Below, piece after piece: positions 53,205 through 54,958 of a stretch of 54,958 nt of DNA. Each line of letters begins with the position of its first letter. Within the stretch, counting starts at the first letter, position 1. The notes below the pieces were generated by a model, which ran no database searches, was not told where the DNA came from, and saw only the letters and a program-made list of their open reading frames with translations. The translations under genes were made by a program, and so were the position numbers. The stretch comes from Candidatus Magasanikiibacteriota bacterium (GTDB lineage Bacteria > Patescibacteriota > Patescibacteriia > Magasanikbacterales > GWA2-37-8): the NCBI GenBank assembly GCA_023246655.1, contig JAHFHX010000006.1, forward strand, positions 1 through 54,958, written 5' to 3'.

Positions 53205-54494
53205 ATGCAATTAGAAATTAAAAATCAGAAATCCAATACTCATAATACCGACATCGTTATTCTAGGCGCTGGTATTGGCGGCTACGAAACCTTTCGCGCT
53301 CTGGCTAAGTTGCTCCGGCGTTACCGTCTCAACAAACGTATTACCATTATTGATCAAAATAATTATTTTACTTTTATCCCACTACTTCATGAGGTGGCCT
53401 CGGGCGCAGTGGAACCAACGCATGCGGCCATGCCCTTACGCGAGTTGACCTATCGGACGCCGCATCGATTTCTAAAAGCAACGGTACAAAAAATTGATCC
53501 GGAGAAAAAAATTGTCACCACTGACCACGGTGAGATTAACTACGACTATGGTGTGATTGCCATGGGTAGTGCCGCAAATTATTATGGAGTACCCGGAGCA
53601 GAAAAATATTCCTATCACGTGCGGACCCTGGGTGGTGCAATGAGACTGCGGCATAATCTTATTGAAGCGCTCGAGGGTAGACAACAAAATATTACTCTTA
53701 CTGTGGTGGGAGGCGGCAATACCGGTGTAGAAGTGGCTGGACAGTTTGCCGATTTAATTACTCATGATCTTAAAAAGCTATACAGTGAAAAAAATTTGAC
53801 TCTCCGGCTTGTGCAAACCGGGCCAACATTAACGCCGCAACTTCCGCCCAAAGCCCAGCGCTATATTTGGCAACACCTGGAACGACACGGAGTTACCATT
53901 TTAGCGAACACGGCGGTTAAAGAAGTTAAACAGACATCCGTAGTAGTTGCTAGCACGGGCGGTTCTACTACTGCCCAAGAGCTTGCGAGCGATTTCACAA
54001 TCTGGTGCGCTGGATTTGGTAATATTGCACATTGCTTCTTTACGCAAGGGATGTGTACAACCGATCACCGGATACCCACCACCCCTTTTCTCCACCATCC
54101 AAGTTATCCAACCTTATATGCGGTTGGTGATATTGGATTAGTTCTAGATCGAACTACCGCCCAACCACTCCCTCAATTGGGCGAGGTAGCGTACCATGAA
54201 GGCCGCTATGTCGGCCACCAGATAGTGGCGCAGTTACGCAACAAAAAATTTCCACCATTCCGTTTTCGCTCCAAAGGTATTTTGATGCCTCTTGGCGAGC
54301 GTGACGGCTTGGGGATCATCGGCCCTTTTTTTATCACCGGAATTCTGGCGTGGTGGCTTCGACGCACGGTATACCTTTTATTTATGCCCGGAATTTTACG
54401 TAAACTCCGAATTGTAGTAGATTGGACCTTGCGCTTGTTTGGATTTAACTATATAATTGCAGTAGAGAGAAACCAACAAACAATTAACAAGTAA
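53205..54494 (+). CDS. ndh: Type II NADH dehydrogenase-like FAD-dependent oxidoreductase
   Basis: IVILGAGIGG, NNYFTFIPLLHEVASG, VVGGGNTGVEVAG, LYAVGD, PQLGEVAYHEG. Confidence 0.88.
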   Translation: MQLEIKNQKSNTHNTDIVILGAGIGGYETFRALAKLLRRYRLNKRITIIDQNNYFTFIPLLHEVASGAVEPTHAAMPLRELTYRTPHRFLKATVQKIDPEKKIVTTDHGEINYDYGVIAMGSAANYYGVPGAEKYSYHVRTLGGAMRLRHNLIEALEGRQQNITLTVVGGGNTGVEVAGQFADLITHDLKKLYSEKNLTLRLVQTGPTLTPQLPPKAQRYIWQHLERHGVTILANTAVKEVKQTSVVVASTGGSTTAQELASDFTIWCAGFGNIAHCFFTQGMCTTDHRIPTTPFLHHPSYPTLYAVGDIGLVLDRTTAQPLPQLGEVAYHEGRYVGHQIVAQLRNKKFPPFRFRSKGILMPLGERDGLGIIGPFFITGILAWWLRRTVYLLFMPGILRKLRIVVDWTLRLFGFNYIIAVERNQQTINK

Positions 54495-54606
54495 CAACTA
54501 ACAATCGAGCTGTCTTATTAGTTTGTTCATTATTAGTTGTTAATTTTTAATAAGGAAACTTTCCCGACTCAGTCAGGGATGAATTTCCTTGCGAAAGTAA
54601 ATTCAT

Positions 54607-54958
54607 ATGTGCAAAACTATGTGCGCACATCCAAAGATGAAGGCACTTGGGCTCTTGGGGCTCCGAATTGCCGTTGGTATCATCTTTATATACATGGGGT
54701 ACGGTAAAATTGGCCCTAACCATGAGCTGGCCAGTGGGATGTTTAGTAATAAATTAGGGCTGCCTGGTAGCGCTACTGCCTACCTTATTGGTCTCTTGGA
54801 GTTGGGCGGGGGTATTTTGGTCCTCCTAGGTGCTTATGCTAGTTATGCTGCTACCTGGCTCGCTATTATTATGGTTGTAGCCATGTTAACAGTGCATCGG
54901 GGTGGCCCATTTATGGGATACTTCTTGCCGTTGTCTTTGCTTGGTGGATGCTTAGCAC
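54607..54958 (+). CDS. DoxX family membrane protein (3'-partial)
   Basis: Not in the ORF track. Manual translation: MCKTMCAHPKMKALGLLGLRIAVGIIFIYMGYGKI...LLELGGGILVLLG...MVVAMLTVH. Confidence 0.85.
   Translation, partial: MCKTMCAHPKMKALGLLGLRIAVGIIFIYMGYGKIGPNHELASGMFSNKLGLPGSATAYLIGLLELGGGILVLLGAYASYAATWLAIIMVVAMLTVHRGGPFMGYFLPLSLLGGCLA

Noticed and set aside
1-54958. Alternative genetic code (TGA recoding as in Gracilibacteria/SR1)
   Set aside because: Conserved genes are full length under code 11 with no in-frame TGA breaks.

Overview
This 55-kb window looks like chromosome from a Patescibacteria (CPR, Parcubacteria-like) bacterium. That assignment is an inference from gene content: an archaeal-type PEP carboxylase, three TrmB-family regulators, a pilB-C-M-N-O operon, WxL/DUF916-like surface genes, a LAGLIDADG-like gene abutting a tRNA, and many orphans. 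Housekeeping genes: ppcA (partial, missed by the ORF track), efp, epmA, rpsF-ssb-rpsR, ychF, rpsT, holA, rmuC, ndh, a Trm11-like methylase, a VIT1 transporter and 4 tRNAs. Accessory loci: (i) a GC-rich gene resembling eukaryotic sterol C5-desaturase (ERG3/SC5D); (ii) a tight six-gene operon (amidohydrolase, SRPBCC, HemN-like radical SAM, SsuABC/TauABC-type ABC transporter) divergent from a TrmB regulator; (iii) a 13-kb surface-protein locus with a very large tail-fibre-like adhesin and an O-antigen-ligase/TPR protein; (iv) three large co-oriented orphans with HD, nucleotidyltransferase and HExxH motifs. Two perfect parS sites and a DnaA-box cluster near 40.1-41.2 kb suggest the window is origin-proximal. 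Several repeat systems recur: ~115-140 bp TGTCAT...ATGACA palindromic elements (one in frame inside epmA), short CCCGA/TCGGG palindromes, and degenerate heptamer tandem repeats that have entered coding sequence. All assignments come from motif recognition by eye; no database searches were run.
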